DNA from: a virus
Lineage: Duplodnaviria > Caudoviricetes
DNA: 51,248 nucleotides
IMG/VR virus record: IMGVR_UViG_3300048999_000032
Coordinates: 1 to 51,248 of that record
Reading direction: 5' to 3' (one strand)
Shown here: positions 1 to 8,264 of the stretch, in pieces
Layout: each line of letters starts with the position of its first letter
Position numbering within the stretch: position 1 is the stretch's first letter
The notes under the pieces: generated by a model
What the model saw: only the letters and a program-made list of their open reading frames with translations
Database searches by the model: none
Told to the model about the DNA's origin: nothing
Program-made: the position numbers and the translations under genes

Positions 1-29
1 GTCATGACCATCGTGTTAGTTAAAAACTG

Positions 30-326
30 TCAGAGTTGCCAGCGTCGTAACTGAGTTACGCGACGCTTGTAGGTGGCGCGGTTGCCACCCTGTGGGCACT
101 CACGGCCACGATGCTCAGGGCCACGGGTGATGGTGCGGTCATGGTCGTCATGGCCTAGGTCCCACGGCATGGAGGGGTTGACCCACCCTCCGCAGCGCCA
201 GCACATGAACTGTTCGCCGGCTGCCATGCGTGCCACGTACTGAGCACGTAGTGCTTGATGCTTGGATCCCCATCCACCTGAAGTGGTGCTACCTGGTGGC
301 TTGGATCGTCGCCTTTGTGATGGCAT
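30..326 (-). CDS. Packaging-associated HNH endonuclease (HK97 gp74-like)
   Basis: CWRCG...WDLGHDDHDR...GPEH...C...N motif; directly upstream of small terminase on circularisation. Confidence 0.75.
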   Translation of the reverse strand: MPSQRRRSKPPGSTTSGGWGSKHQALRAQYVARMAAGEQFMCWRCGGWVNPSMPWDLGHDDHDRTITRGPEHRGRECPQGGNRATYKRRVTQLRRWQL

Positions 327-354
327 GCGTCATCACCTACCTATGACGCAGTAG

Positions 355-483
355 CTACTGGGTTGGTGCCTCGTGGTCGTGGCATACGAGCTCTACCACT
401 GGGTCACCGTGGTCAGTGGGTACGGGACGCTCAGTGTCGGCAGGCTGGGGGCAACCGGGTTCGATGCACACTGGTTCGCTCAT
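355..483 (-). CDS. Small Cys/His protein (42 aa)
   Basis: MSEPVCIEPGC...VELVCHDH; start overlaps upstream stop. Confidence 0.55.
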   Translation of the reverse strand: MSEPVCIEPGCPQPADTERPVPTDHGDPVVELVCHDHEAPTQ

Positions 484-692
484 GAGTCCCTCCCGTGCTG
501 CGGGCAGTAGTCGTCCACATCGGAGATGTGCGGACAGGTGCACGGCTCGCACATGTGGGTCTTGGCGGTCATCGTGTACCCATCAGCGATGGGCCCGATC
601 CGCACATGGACCGGTGGCGTCCACCCGTCCTGAAGCTGGGCCAGGAGTTCAGTGCTGACCTCGACGGTCACGAACTTCTCGCCTTCGCTCAT
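480..692 (-). CDS. Hypothetical protein with C-terminal CxC...CPQHG
   Basis: MSEGEKFVTVEV start with GGGGA RBS; coupled to next gene. Confidence 0.6.
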   Translation of the reverse strand: MSEGEKFVTVEVSTELLAQLQDGWTPPVHVRIGPIADGYTMTAKTHMCEPCTCPHISDVDDYCPQHGRDS

Positions 693-810
693 GGGTTCAT
701 CCCCTACTCGTGACGAAGCCCTGACCACACGAGGTAGGCCAGGGCTTCTGGTGTCCGGGACCCGACCGCCGGATGTCCGCGATAACGCGGCGGGGCTTTC
801 ACAACGGATC

Positions 811-1254
811 TTACTGCACCCGGCCTTGGCAGGTGGCGATGGTGTACCCACCGGTCGAGGTGTTCTCACTGACCACCACGCCATCGACGGTGATGCGACA
901 GGTGACCGATCCTGCGGGCTGTTGGTTCTGCACCGACAGGTAGAGGAAGTCACCCGTGCGGAACGACGTCAGGGTGTCGCTGAATGGCAGTGCGCCGGTT
1001 CCCTGACTGGTTCCACTCTCGGTCTGTGCCGTGACCATGCCGGTCCTGCCGCCACCCGTGTAGGCGTCTGCAGTGGCCTCGTACACCACCGTGTGCGTGG
1101 CCGTGGTGGAAGGTCCTACTCCCACCCCTACCGCTACAGCGACGGCCGCGAGGATCAGGGCCAGTGCGATCCAGAGCGGCGTGTAGCTGCGCTTCGGAGC
1201 CGGCTGTCCCGGGTCTGGCAGGCGCGTCTGCGGCCTCTGCTGTTGCTGCGTCAT
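811..1254 (-). CDS. MmpS-like membrane-anchored protein
   Basis: One TM helix, then a beta domain with SVTCRITVDG...ATC, typical of the MmpS family. Confidence 0.7.
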   Translation of the reverse strand: MTQQQQRPQTRLPDPGQPAPKRSYTPLWIALALILAAVAVAVGVGVGPSTTATHTVVYEATADAYTGGGRTGMVTAQTESGTSQGTGALPFSDTLTSFRTGDFLYLSVQNQQPAGSVTCRITVDGVVVSENTSTGGYTIATCQGRVQ

Positions 1255-1340
1255 GACTTCCCCCTGTTGGTGATGGGGGCTTAGACGCGTGCCCTGACCG
1301 GCCGGTTCCCTGGCTCCCCCTTCGGAGTGTGACACTGGGA

Positions 1341-1383
1341 AGTGTCTAACACAATAGGTCGCGGGGAGGTAGTGTCTAACACA
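1341..1383. promoter_or_regulatory. Two copies of the quasi-palindrome AGTGTCTAACACA (putative RHH operators)
   Basis: Exact 13-mer at 1341-1353 and 1371-1383, between divergent genes. Confidence 0.6.
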
Positions 1384-1541
1384 TGCCACGCACCGGACCG
1401 CGCCGCGTCATCGTTGGGGTACGCCTCAAGGCTGAGGCCATCGCCCTCATTGACCAGATGGCTGAGGCTGAGAAGGTCAACCGCAGCGAGATGGTGCGCA
1501 TCCTGCTTGCTGAGGCTGTAGCTGCCAGGCGTAAGGGTTAG
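1383..1541 (+). CDS. Ribbon-helix-helix (CopG-like) DNA-binding protein, 52 aa (absent from ORF track)
   Basis: MPRTGPRRVIVGVRLKAEAIALIDQMAEAEKVNRSEMVRILLAEAVAARRKG; GGGGAGG RBS upstream. Confidence 0.8.
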   Translation: MPRTGPRRVIVGVRLKAEAIALIDQMAEAEKVNRSEMVRILLAEAVAARRKG

Positions 1542-1735
1542 AGCTTCCGCTTGTCGCCAGGTCCGCACTTCTTATTGCCGTCCACGTGGCAGTCCCAGCA
1601 GGGATCGCCTTCGTGGCACTTGACGGTCGGCTTCGGGTCCGGCTGAGCGGGACAGCTGGTTGCGCCTGCCAACAGGGCGAGCGACAGGACCACGGAGGTC
1701 AGGAGCCTAGCCACGCCACCATCTCCGCTGCTCAC
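1538..1735 (-). CDS. Small secreted/lipoprotein with CHEGDPCWDCHVDGNKKCG motif
   Basis: Signal-like hydrophobic N-terminus ending in Cys; Cys-rich motif of a type seen in actinophage proteins. Confidence 0.6.
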   Translation of the reverse strand: MSSGDGGVARLLTSVVLSLALLAGATSCPAQPDPKPTVKCHEGDPCWDCHVDGNKKCGPGDKRKL

Positions 1736-1839
1736 GAGCGCCAGTCCTGCTGGTTTCCCACGTCTCGACCAGTGGCCAGATGGCCGGCTCAGTCTTGGTG
1801 GGGCGGTGTCTGCCTCGGGTCAGCCTTGGCCAGCGCATG

Positions 1840-1977
1840 TCAGCTGAGGCCGTCGATGATGTGCAGGCCTTCGTCATCCTGGTTTGGATTCCACGGGTCA
1901 CGGCAGACGCCGTCGATCCCGATCAGTCCGAGTTGCGTGAGTGTGACCGGTTCGCCGCAGGTGATGCACTCAGCCAT
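1840..1977 (-). CDS. Small CxxC protein
   Basis: MAECITCGEP...; GGTGA RBS. Confidence 0.45.
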   Translation of the reverse strand: MAECITCGEPVTLTQLGLIGIDGVCRDPWNPNQDDEGLHIIDGLS

Positions 1978-2077
1978 CGCGCGATCACCACCCGGATCCT
2001 TGTCGGCAGGTTGGGTCGTGGTCGCACATGGCGGCCTTGCACTTGCCACACCCCCAGTGTGGTTGCAGATGGTGACG

Positions 2078-2293
2078 TCAGGTGCCGAGTTGCGCAGAGA
2101 GCGCGCGTTGGTACGTCTCGGATGTCTCACCTTCGGCGCAGACGGCAGCAACGACAGAGGCCCACTCGTTGGCGGGGAGCGTGAGCGTCTCGGTGCTACG
2201 GCCGACAGCGGCGCTTAGCTTCACTGAGCCGTCTTCCTGGCGCTCGAAGTACCAGCCGTCGCGGGCGTGGAATCCGTCGTGGGTGATCGACAT
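2078..2293 (-). CDS. Hypothetical protein
   Basis: AGGAG RBS, GC3-rich codons. Confidence 0.65.
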   Translation of the reverse strand: MSITHDGFHARDGWYFERQEDGSVKLSAAVGRSTETLTLPANEWASVVAAVCAEGETSETYQRALSAQLGT

Positions 2294-2829
2294 GAATCAA
2301 ACTCCTGTCACAGCGGTCCGTACACGGCCTTGGTTCATGCCACCCCCAGTGGCGGATGGTGCGACGTACTGGTCACGCTCAGCTGGTGGTGTTTCCGCAG
2401 GTCAGGACCGTCGTACCGCTTCAGTCGGTCAGGGTGTAGTCATCCTGAGTGTTACTGAGCGTGTCGATGATGAACTCGAACAGGTCGCGGCATGCGGCGT
2501 TGATCGCTGTGTCGGGATCCACCTGCTCACCTCCAGTTGCATACCGAAGGCCCGGCTACTCAGGTGGGGTAGCCGGGCCCTCGGGTGAGGTAGCCGGGCC
2601 TTCGGGTGATGTTCCGGTGGGCGTGGGTTCCACACCAGCATCTCCATCAGTCTTTCGGACGGCTGCAGGCACGTCCTACTCCAACTGAGGCGCACTCGTT
2701 GTGCTACCACCGGGTCTAACGCTCACCAATCCCGGAGGATGGTGAGCAGCTAAGCAACCGGCCCTACCAACAACTGCGGCCAGTTAAGCAGGAGAGTACA
2801 CGACGGAGTTGCGAGATGCGGTTCGCGCG

Positions 2830-3288
2830 TTACTCGGCGTGTCCAGCTGTCAGAGCGAGCGACTCCTCGCGCTCCCTGTACGCCGCGTACAGCGTCTTCC
2901 GTTCCGGCCCCGGCTCAACGATCAGGTACGGCAGCATCACCTCGTCAAGCGTGGCCATCTGCGCCTCGATGATCGCCAACTGAGCAGCAAGCCAGTCCTT
3001 CGCTACGCGCCATGCGGTGCGCTCTGCCTGACCGGGTTCGGCGTAACGCTTCTGGATCCGCCGGGCGCGGACCTGCTTCTCAAGCAGTCGTTGCACTGCG
3101 GTGACGTCGATCGGCAGCGAGAACTCCCGTGGCCCGTGCGGGGTTGCGAGAGTGAACTCAAGCCCGACATGCTGCCCCGCCTCGAACATCACCGTCACGC
3201 GGGCAGCTCCGTGCTTCGAGAGCATCAAACTCATCTCGCCAGCCGTCTTCGACGACGCGACGGTACTGGAGTAGTTCAGGGTGCCCAT
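2830..3288 (-). CDS. Conserved phage hypothetical protein
   Basis: NYSSTV..SKT..E...HGA and QAERTAWRVAKDWLAAQLA...EVMLPY motifs recognised from a widespread phage family. Confidence 0.75.
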   Translation of the reverse strand: MGTLNYSSTVASSKTAGEMSLMLSKHGAARVTVMFEAGQHVGLEFTLATPHGPREFSLPIDVTAVQRLLEKQVRARRIQKRYAEPGQAERTAWRVAKDWLAAQLAIIEAQMATLDEVMLPYLIVEPGPERKTLYAAYREREESLALTAGHAE

Positions 3289-3581
3289 CAGGCCTTGCCC
3301 TCGGGTCCGAAGTAGTACTCAAGGGTGGCCGCGCGGGTCGCGTCACGCTTGGCTGCAAGCTCAGCGATCAGCTCGTCAGTCAGGTGAGGGTTGCTCTTGG
3401 CGGTGCAGTCGTTGCCCGCCAGATGACTCCATCGGTCCCACAGTTCGTGAGCAGCCTTCTCCCGATCGGTCACAGTCCGCGACGGGGACCACGCGTATAT
3501 CACGCAGACGTCCTCGGCAACGGCGAGCCGCGTCTCCAGTTCAGTGCGGGAGAGCGCTCCGTACTTGGTAGCGTTTGCCAT
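3288..3581 (-). CDS. Hypothetical protein
   Basis: AAGGAG RBS; coupled to next gene. Confidence 0.7.
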   Translation of the reverse strand: MANATKYGALSRTELETRLAVAEDVCVIYAWSPSRTVTDREKAAHELWDRWSHLAGNDCTAKSNPHLTDELIAELAAKRDATRAATLEYYFGPEGKA

Positions 3582-3651
3582 ATCGACTCCTTGTTAGTCG
3601 GTCACGCTCCGGGGCCGTTCGCGCGGTCGCCGGAGCCTCCCTTTGATTGTC

Positions 3652-4422
3652 TCACGATGCACGCTCCGCAGGTGCGTTCGCAGCGGCCAGCGTCACGAGG
3701 TCATCGAACAGGTACAGCCGCTTCCCCACGGGGTCATGCCCATGCTCGCTCAGCCGCTTCCGCTCGAACCACTTGTCGATCGTCTTCTGCTGCACCGGTA
3801 ACCCGAAGCGGGACAGCAGCACTACGCCTTCCTTGGCCGTGACCAGCCGCCCGTACACCTGACCTCGCATCCAGGTCAGCATCTCCGCCACGTCGTAGTT
3901 CAGCCCACAGGGGCGGCAGTCCACAGAGGCCGCGTCAGGCTTGGCGTACATGTCACCGCCGCAGTCCTTGCAGGGACCCGCGTAGATCCGGTCCGCTGGC
4001 CTGTCCACGGCCTTGCGGATCGCGCGGACGGCTGACGTGATCTCCTCCACCGCCTCGTGACCGGCGCGATGGTGCCTTAGCCAGACGACATGCGCCAACA
4101 ACCAGCCAGCGACAGCAGGCGGGGTGTCGGTGTCGGGTAGTGCCTTGCCGCGTTCCTCCGAGATCAGACGGCACCACGTGCTCAGCGTGTTGCGCAGCAC
4201 GTAGCCGAGCTCAGACGCGACCGGGTTGAACGGGAGCGCCTGCTCACCACGGCGGAACTCAGCAGCGGCATAGCGGGCCTGCTTGGTGAGGACCGTGTCC
4301 AGCTCCTCCCAGAGCGCGGCAACGTCTCCTAGGGCTCGCTCCAGGTGGTCCTGGCAGTGCTGGCACACGTACCCGTCGCCTACCGGACGGTCGCACCAGT
4401 CGACCAAGCAAGGTTCGTTCAC
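3652..4422 (-). CDS. Zn-finger/HTH protein, putative late-gene regulator
   Basis: Several CxxC pairs and a C-terminal HTH-like segment (QKTIDKWFERKRL...KRLYLFDDL); near the end of the early operon. Confidence 0.6.
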   Translation of the reverse strand: MNEPCLVDWCDRPVGDGYVCQHCQDHLERALGDVAALWEELDTVLTKQARYAAAEFRRGEQALPFNPVASELGYVLRNTLSTWCRLISEERGKALPDTDTPPAVAGWLLAHVVWLRHHRAGHEAVEEITSAVRAIRKAVDRPADRIYAGPCKDCGGDMYAKPDAASVDCRPCGLNYDVAEMLTWMRGQVYGRLVTAKEGVVLLSRFGLPVQQKTIDKWFERKRLSEHGHDPVGKRLYLFDDLVTLAAANAPAERAS

Positions 4423-4517
4423 AGGTGCCTCCAAGCCAGCCATGCGACAGTGCCCCAGAATGCGAGTACGCCGAGGATCGCGACGATCCGGATCAGCCAC
4501 CTTGTGCGTTCGGTCAT
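4419..4517 (-). CDS. Small membrane protein (32 aa)
   Basis: MTERTRWLIRIVAILGVLAFWGTVAWLAWRHL; overlaps both neighbours by 4 nt. Confidence 0.55.
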   Translation of the reverse strand: MTERTRWLIRIVAILGVLAFWGTVAWLAWRHL

Positions 4518-4672
4518 CCGGTCTCCTCCAGTCCGCAGCGGGCACACACCAACTCGACACTCACGACTTCTTCGCCGTCGATCAGGTCACCCGCGGGGAA
4601 CATGCCCAGCGGTCGTTCGGTCTCGGCCAGCCGGCCACAGCCGTCAGCGCAGTACACGGGATCTAGGGTCAC
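4514..4672 (-). CDS. Small Zn-finger protein
   Basis: CADGC...ETERP...VELVCARC. Confidence 0.55.
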   Translation of the reverse strand: MTLDPVYCADGCGRLAETERPLGMFPAGDLIDGEEVVSVELVCARCGLEETG

Positions 4673-5118
4673 GACGCCTCCCAGAGAGTGCGGGGGATGC
4701 CGCCAGTGCCCTTGTCCTCGCGCGGCCGGGATGGTGTGGTCCAAGGGCCGCGTGCCGGACGCTCAGCGACGACGCGCCAGCCAGCGGCGCGGAGGCTTGC
4801 ACCGGTCTCGCCTTGCTGCGTGTAAGTGACGAGCCGGTAGTAGCCGAGCGCCTTGGATGCGCGCCACGCGGCTCCGTAGAGCATGCTGTTGGCGTTCGGT
4901 GTTCCGTCTGTGGCGGTCCGGTTGACCTCCAGTGTTAGACCGTCCTGGTAGGCGCGAGCGACCGGCCAGCCGACCATCGCTACTCCGCGCAGCACGCCGT
5001 CGTCGTCAGCGACACCGACGCTGAATTTGTGACCCACCTTCGGCTGGTGATGCCGGTGCCACATCTCCACGAAGCCGCAGGCGTCCGCGAAGGAGATCGG
5101 CACTAGGTGCAGGCTCAT
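4669..5118 (-). CDS. XF1762-family (Mom-like, GNAT-related) protein
   Basis: HRHH..VGHKFSVGV, GVAMVG.PVAR, LEVNR..TDGTPNANSMLYGAAWRA, TYT...ETGASLRAAGW. Confidence 0.8.
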   Translation of the reverse strand: MSLHLVPISFADACGFVEMWHRHHQPKVGHKFSVGVADDDGVLRGVAMVGWPVARAYQDGLTLEVNRTATDGTPNANSMLYGAAWRASKALGYYRLVTYTQQGETGASLRAAGWRVVAERPARGPWTTPSRPREDKGTGGIPRTLWEAS

Positions 5119-5456
5119 GCAGCACCGTCCCTGGGCTCCTGTGGGCTTCTGACGGCCTCGGACACCTCCGGGTGCCCCGGAACCCCTGAAGTCGCATCAG
5201 AGGTGGTACCAGAGGCTTCCCGGGGGATGCGGGCGCGGAGCATGGTGCCGCGTTTGGCGGTCCAGCGGTCCCAGAGCGCCTCGTCCTCCAACTCAGAGAC
5301 CCAGACGGTCACCTCGCGGATTACATCCCGCGTGGCCTCGGCTCTGCCAATCTTCAAAGCGGCCTCACCCGCTGTCTCGGTGAGTACCTTCACCTCAGCG
5401 GCGGTGTACGTGTGACCCCTGCCGCGACCTTCTCCGGTGCATCCGTCGTCGGTCAT
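5115..5456 (-). CDS. Hypothetical protein
   Basis: Coupled ORF in operon. Confidence 0.5.
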   Translation of the reverse strand: MTDDGCTGEGRGRGHTYTAAEVKVLTETAGEAALKIGRAEATRDVIREVTVWVSELEDEALWDRWTAKRGTMLRARIPREASGTTSDATSGVPGHPEVSEAVRSPQEPRDGAA

Positions 5457-5602
5457 GCACACTCCTCACAAGCGCCGAACTTGCATTCGCGGCAGACGGT
5501 CACCACGGCCAGCTCGTGGTCACCTTTACGCCACAGCAGGCCGCGGATGCGGCCGCAGCAGAAGCACCCCAAGCCGGTCTTGCGTCCGAACCAGCGGATC
5601 AT
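5453..5602 (-). CDS. Small Cys-rich protein (49 aa)
   Basis: MIRWFGRKTGLGCFCCG...CRECKFGACEECA; 4-nt overlaps at both ends. Confidence 0.5.
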   Translation of the reverse strand: MIRWFGRKTGLGCFCCGRIRGLLWRKGDHELAVVTVCRECKFGACEECA

Positions 5603-5826
5603 GCGGGGTCCCTGCTTCCGATCTCACGGGACAACTTCGCGAACTGGTGGACCAGGAAACAGCGGGCGCACTTCACGTCCTCGTCGTGGACGTCCGGGAA
5701 GTGGTTCTCGATCGCCTGCGCGATCTCTTCACCGATCTCGCGGCGGACTGCTCGTGCCTCTCGGGTCTCATGCCGAGCCTTCAGGCCGTGCTCGCGCGCC
5801 TCGCGGAAGGCGTCTCGGTCACTCAT
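5599..5826 (-). CDS. Hypothetical protein
   Basis: Coupled ORF. Confidence 0.6.
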   Translation of the reverse strand: MSDRDAFREAREHGLKARHETREARAVRREIGEEIAQAIENHFPDVHDEDVKCARCFLVHQFAKLSREIGSRDPA

Positions 5827-6092
5827 CGGTTCGGGATCCGCATCGTGCCGACAGGCTCGTACGTCTCGTGGTACGAGGCGAGCGCGATCGGATACGGGAA
5901 GCCGTTCTCGTTGACGGCGAGCATGCCTCGCCAGCCCTCAGGCAGGTCGTAGTCGCCCTCCTGGGTCTCCACGACGCACGGCCCGCTGATGGGACCGAAC
6001 ATCGGCGTCAGCGCGGTCTTGCGGTGCAGCGCCATCTCGCTGACGGGGATGGGGAGTTGGTCGGGGCTGTAGCGCTTCGTCTCGTCGCTCAC
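5823..6092 (-). CDS. Conserved phage protein (TxEG...YP...TYEP type)
   Basis: VVETQEG...GFPYPI....HETYEPV. Confidence 0.65.
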   Translation of the reverse strand: MSDETKRYSPDQLPIPVSEMALHRKTALTPMFGPISGPCVVETQEGDYDLPEGWRGMLAVNENGFPYPIALASYHETYEPVGTMRIPNR

Positions 6093-6382
6093 TTGGTTGT
6101 CTCCTGTTCGGTGTAGGGGGTGGCGGCGATCTCGCGTGCCTTGTCGATCGACACCCCGATCTCGCCTATCGCGTCGTCGATGGGTCGGCCGCCCATCACG
6201 TCAGTGACAGCGCCGTCGATGGTGGCGAGGTGCTGGCGGAGTTCACGCGCACGGTCGTCGGTCGTCTGGGCTTGCTCGGTGCCGTCTTCGGGACAGGCTG
6301 GGCAGGGAGCTTCGACAAGCTCGCCCTGCCTGTATTCGAACTGGCAGCAGCAGCGGGGTGGGTGGTTGTGCTCGGCGCTCAT
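6089..6382 (-). CDS. Hypothetical protein
   Basis: Coupled ORF; N-terminal Cys cluster. Confidence 0.6.
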   Translation of the reverse strand: MSAEHNHPPRCCCQFEYRQGELVEAPCPACPEDGTEQAQTTDDRARELRQHLATIDGAVTDVMGGRPIDDAIGEIGVSIDKAREIAATPYTEQETTK

Positions 6383-7164
6383 TCGGTCTCCTCGGTGTAG
6401 GGGCCTGCGAAGGTGGGGGCGAAGTCGAGAACGCCCTGCGAGAGGCGGCGGACGATCGCCGCGCAGTACGCCTCGTCCTTCTCGATCCCGACCGCCCGAC
6501 GACCGTTAGCGACGGCGGCAACGAGCGATGAGCCGCTGCCCGCGAACGGGTCGAGCACCGTGCTGCCAATTGGCGACCCGTAGCGGATCAGAGGCTCGAG
6601 GATTCCGGTCGGCTTCTCGGTCGGATGGATCGCCTTGCCGTGCATCGAGCGCACGTCAATGACCGAGGTAGCGAGACGGGGACCACCGTCTTCGCTGACA
6701 TAAGTGTTGTCGCCACGCTCGCCCTGGTGATGAGGCGGGCGATTCTTGCGCCGAACGGTCTTCTTCACCGCGTCGCTGGTGTACTCAGGTGCCTTGTAGA
6801 TGTCGCTCCAGCGGCCCTGGTACCAGAACAGCGCGTTGTCGTGGACGCGGCGGAACCGGTCGTTGTGGAACCCGGAGCCGTTGTGCTTCTTCCAGACGAT
6901 GTCCTGGCTGTAGGTCCAGTCGGCGGTCAACTCAGGCCAGTGGTCGCCGAACATGCGGACCGACCCGAAGCACCACATCGACTGGACGTAGCGGGCGACG
7001 ACCGCGGGCCAACCATCAGGCCACACATCCCACTTCAGCGATGTGTCCCCGTATGGCGGGTCTGCGATGCACAGAGCGAACGACTGATCAAGCGCGGGGA
7101 GGATCTTTCGGCAATCTCCGAGGTACAGCGTCACGCTCTCGTCGGCGTAGTAAGGCTCCATCAA
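6379..7164 (-). CDS. DNA N6-adenine/N4-cytosine methyltransferase (beta class)
   Basis: DPPY catalytic motif precedes HPTEKP and the LDPFAGSGS SAM-binding motif. Confidence 0.93.
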   Translation of the reverse strand: MMEPYYADESVTLYLGDCRKILPALDQSFALCIADPPYGDTSLKWDVWPDGWPAVVARYVQSMWCFGSVRMFGDHWPELTADWTYSQDIVWKKHNGSGFHNDRFRRVHDNALFWYQGRWSDIYKAPEYTSDAVKKTVRRKNRPPHHQGERGDNTYVSEDGGPRLATSVIDVRSMHGKAIHPTEKPTGILEPLIRYGSPIGSTVLDPFAGSGSSLVAAVANGRRAVGIEKDEAYCAAIVRRLSQGVLDFAPTFAGPYTEETE

Positions 7165-7604
7165 GCGTCCTCGGGGTCGGTGTAGGGGCCTGCGTAGTCA
7201 GCGGCCAGATCGGGTTCCTTGCCGAGCGCTTCGTTCAGAGCCGCTCGAGCAGCAGCAGCACCGCGGCCATGGGAACGCTCAGCCGGCGGCGAGCACGGCG
7301 ACAGCGCGGTGTGCACCAGACCGCAGTCCGAGCAGTGCGACGCCTTGTCCGCGGTACCTGGCCGGCCGTTCGGCGCATGCACCGTCTCCTGCCAGTGCGG
7401 GCCGTCCAGCGGGATAACACCCGGCGTGCGGTTCGTCAGGACGCACGCTTTGATCGCGGCGATGCAGACCTCCATCGACGAACCCTTGTCGCGCGCCTTC
7501 CAGATCGCGTCTGCGATCCCGGGCCGCTGCCAGTCAGGACGCAGCGACTCGATCAGCGGAGTGAGGTGTTTGGCGTGTTCTGGGGTGAATCTCTGCTCAT
7601 TCAT
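7161..7604 (-). CDS. Hypothetical protein of the replication module
   Basis: LRPDWQRPGIADAI...RTPGVI...GPHW...CSDCG; follows the Rep-like gene. Confidence 0.65.
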   Translation of the reverse strand: MNEQRFTPEHAKHLTPLIESLRPDWQRPGIADAIWKARDKGSSMEVCIAAIKACVLTNRTPGVIPLDGPHWQETVHAPNGRPGTADKASHCSDCGLVHTALSPCSPPAERSHGRGAAAARAALNEALGKEPDLAADYAGPYTDPEDA

Positions 7605-7742
7605 CCGAGCCTCGCGCACGTACCTAGTGTCAGTTTTGATGAATGACTTGAGCCGCCCGATAACAGACCCGACCCACAGGGGTGTGGAGTAAGGGTGTGG
7701 TGTGGAGTAAGGAGCCGCGCCCGCGAGGGGCAATCCCTTCCG

Positions 7743-8264
7743 TCAGTCATCGTCGCCACCCTTTCCGGAACCCTTTGCCGAGTAGTTCGCAGGACTCTTG
7801 CCGGTGACCTTCCGGAAGAGGTCTGGAAAGGATTCCGCCATGCCCTTCCAGCCGGGAGTTGCCGGTTCTTCCTTCCAGGCCCGGCGCAACTCTTGGTCGA
7901 TGGATTCGCGCAGGTGGTCGGAGATGACGCCAGCACGGTCCTTGCACATTGCGCGTGTGATGTTCGGCGACTTCAGGAGGCCGTCATGCCTCACGAACGT
8001 GCGGCACAGGATCTCGTGGGACTCCTCATCGATCACCACGAACCGGTACTTGTCGAGCCGCCAGATAGCGTTTAGGACGCTCTCCTCGGTGTCATCGGCC
8101 GACAGCTTCGCGAGCCTGCTGGGGAAGTAGTCGAGGGTCCCGCAGTACGTCAGGCGCGGTTGAGACAGTAGGACCAGGTACATCCGCTGGTCGGCGCTGT
8201 CGAGCGCGCGGAACTCGGGATCGTTCCAGATCCCCACTTGAATGCGTGCGTGGTCGCGGGCCAT
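7743..8264 (-). CDS. RepA-like replication initiator (N-terminal domain)
   Basis: MARDHARIQVGIWNDPEFRAL...QRMYLVLLSQPRLTYCG N-terminus, typical of actinophage initiators. Confidence 0.7.
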   Translation of the reverse strand: MARDHARIQVGIWNDPEFRALDSADQRMYLVLLSQPRLTYCGTLDYFPSRLAKLSADDTEESVLNAIWRLDKYRFVVIDEESHEILCRTFVRHDGLLKSPNITRAMCKDRAGVISDHLRESIDQELRRAWKEEPATPGWKGMAESFPDLFRKVTGKSPANYSAKGSGKGGDDD

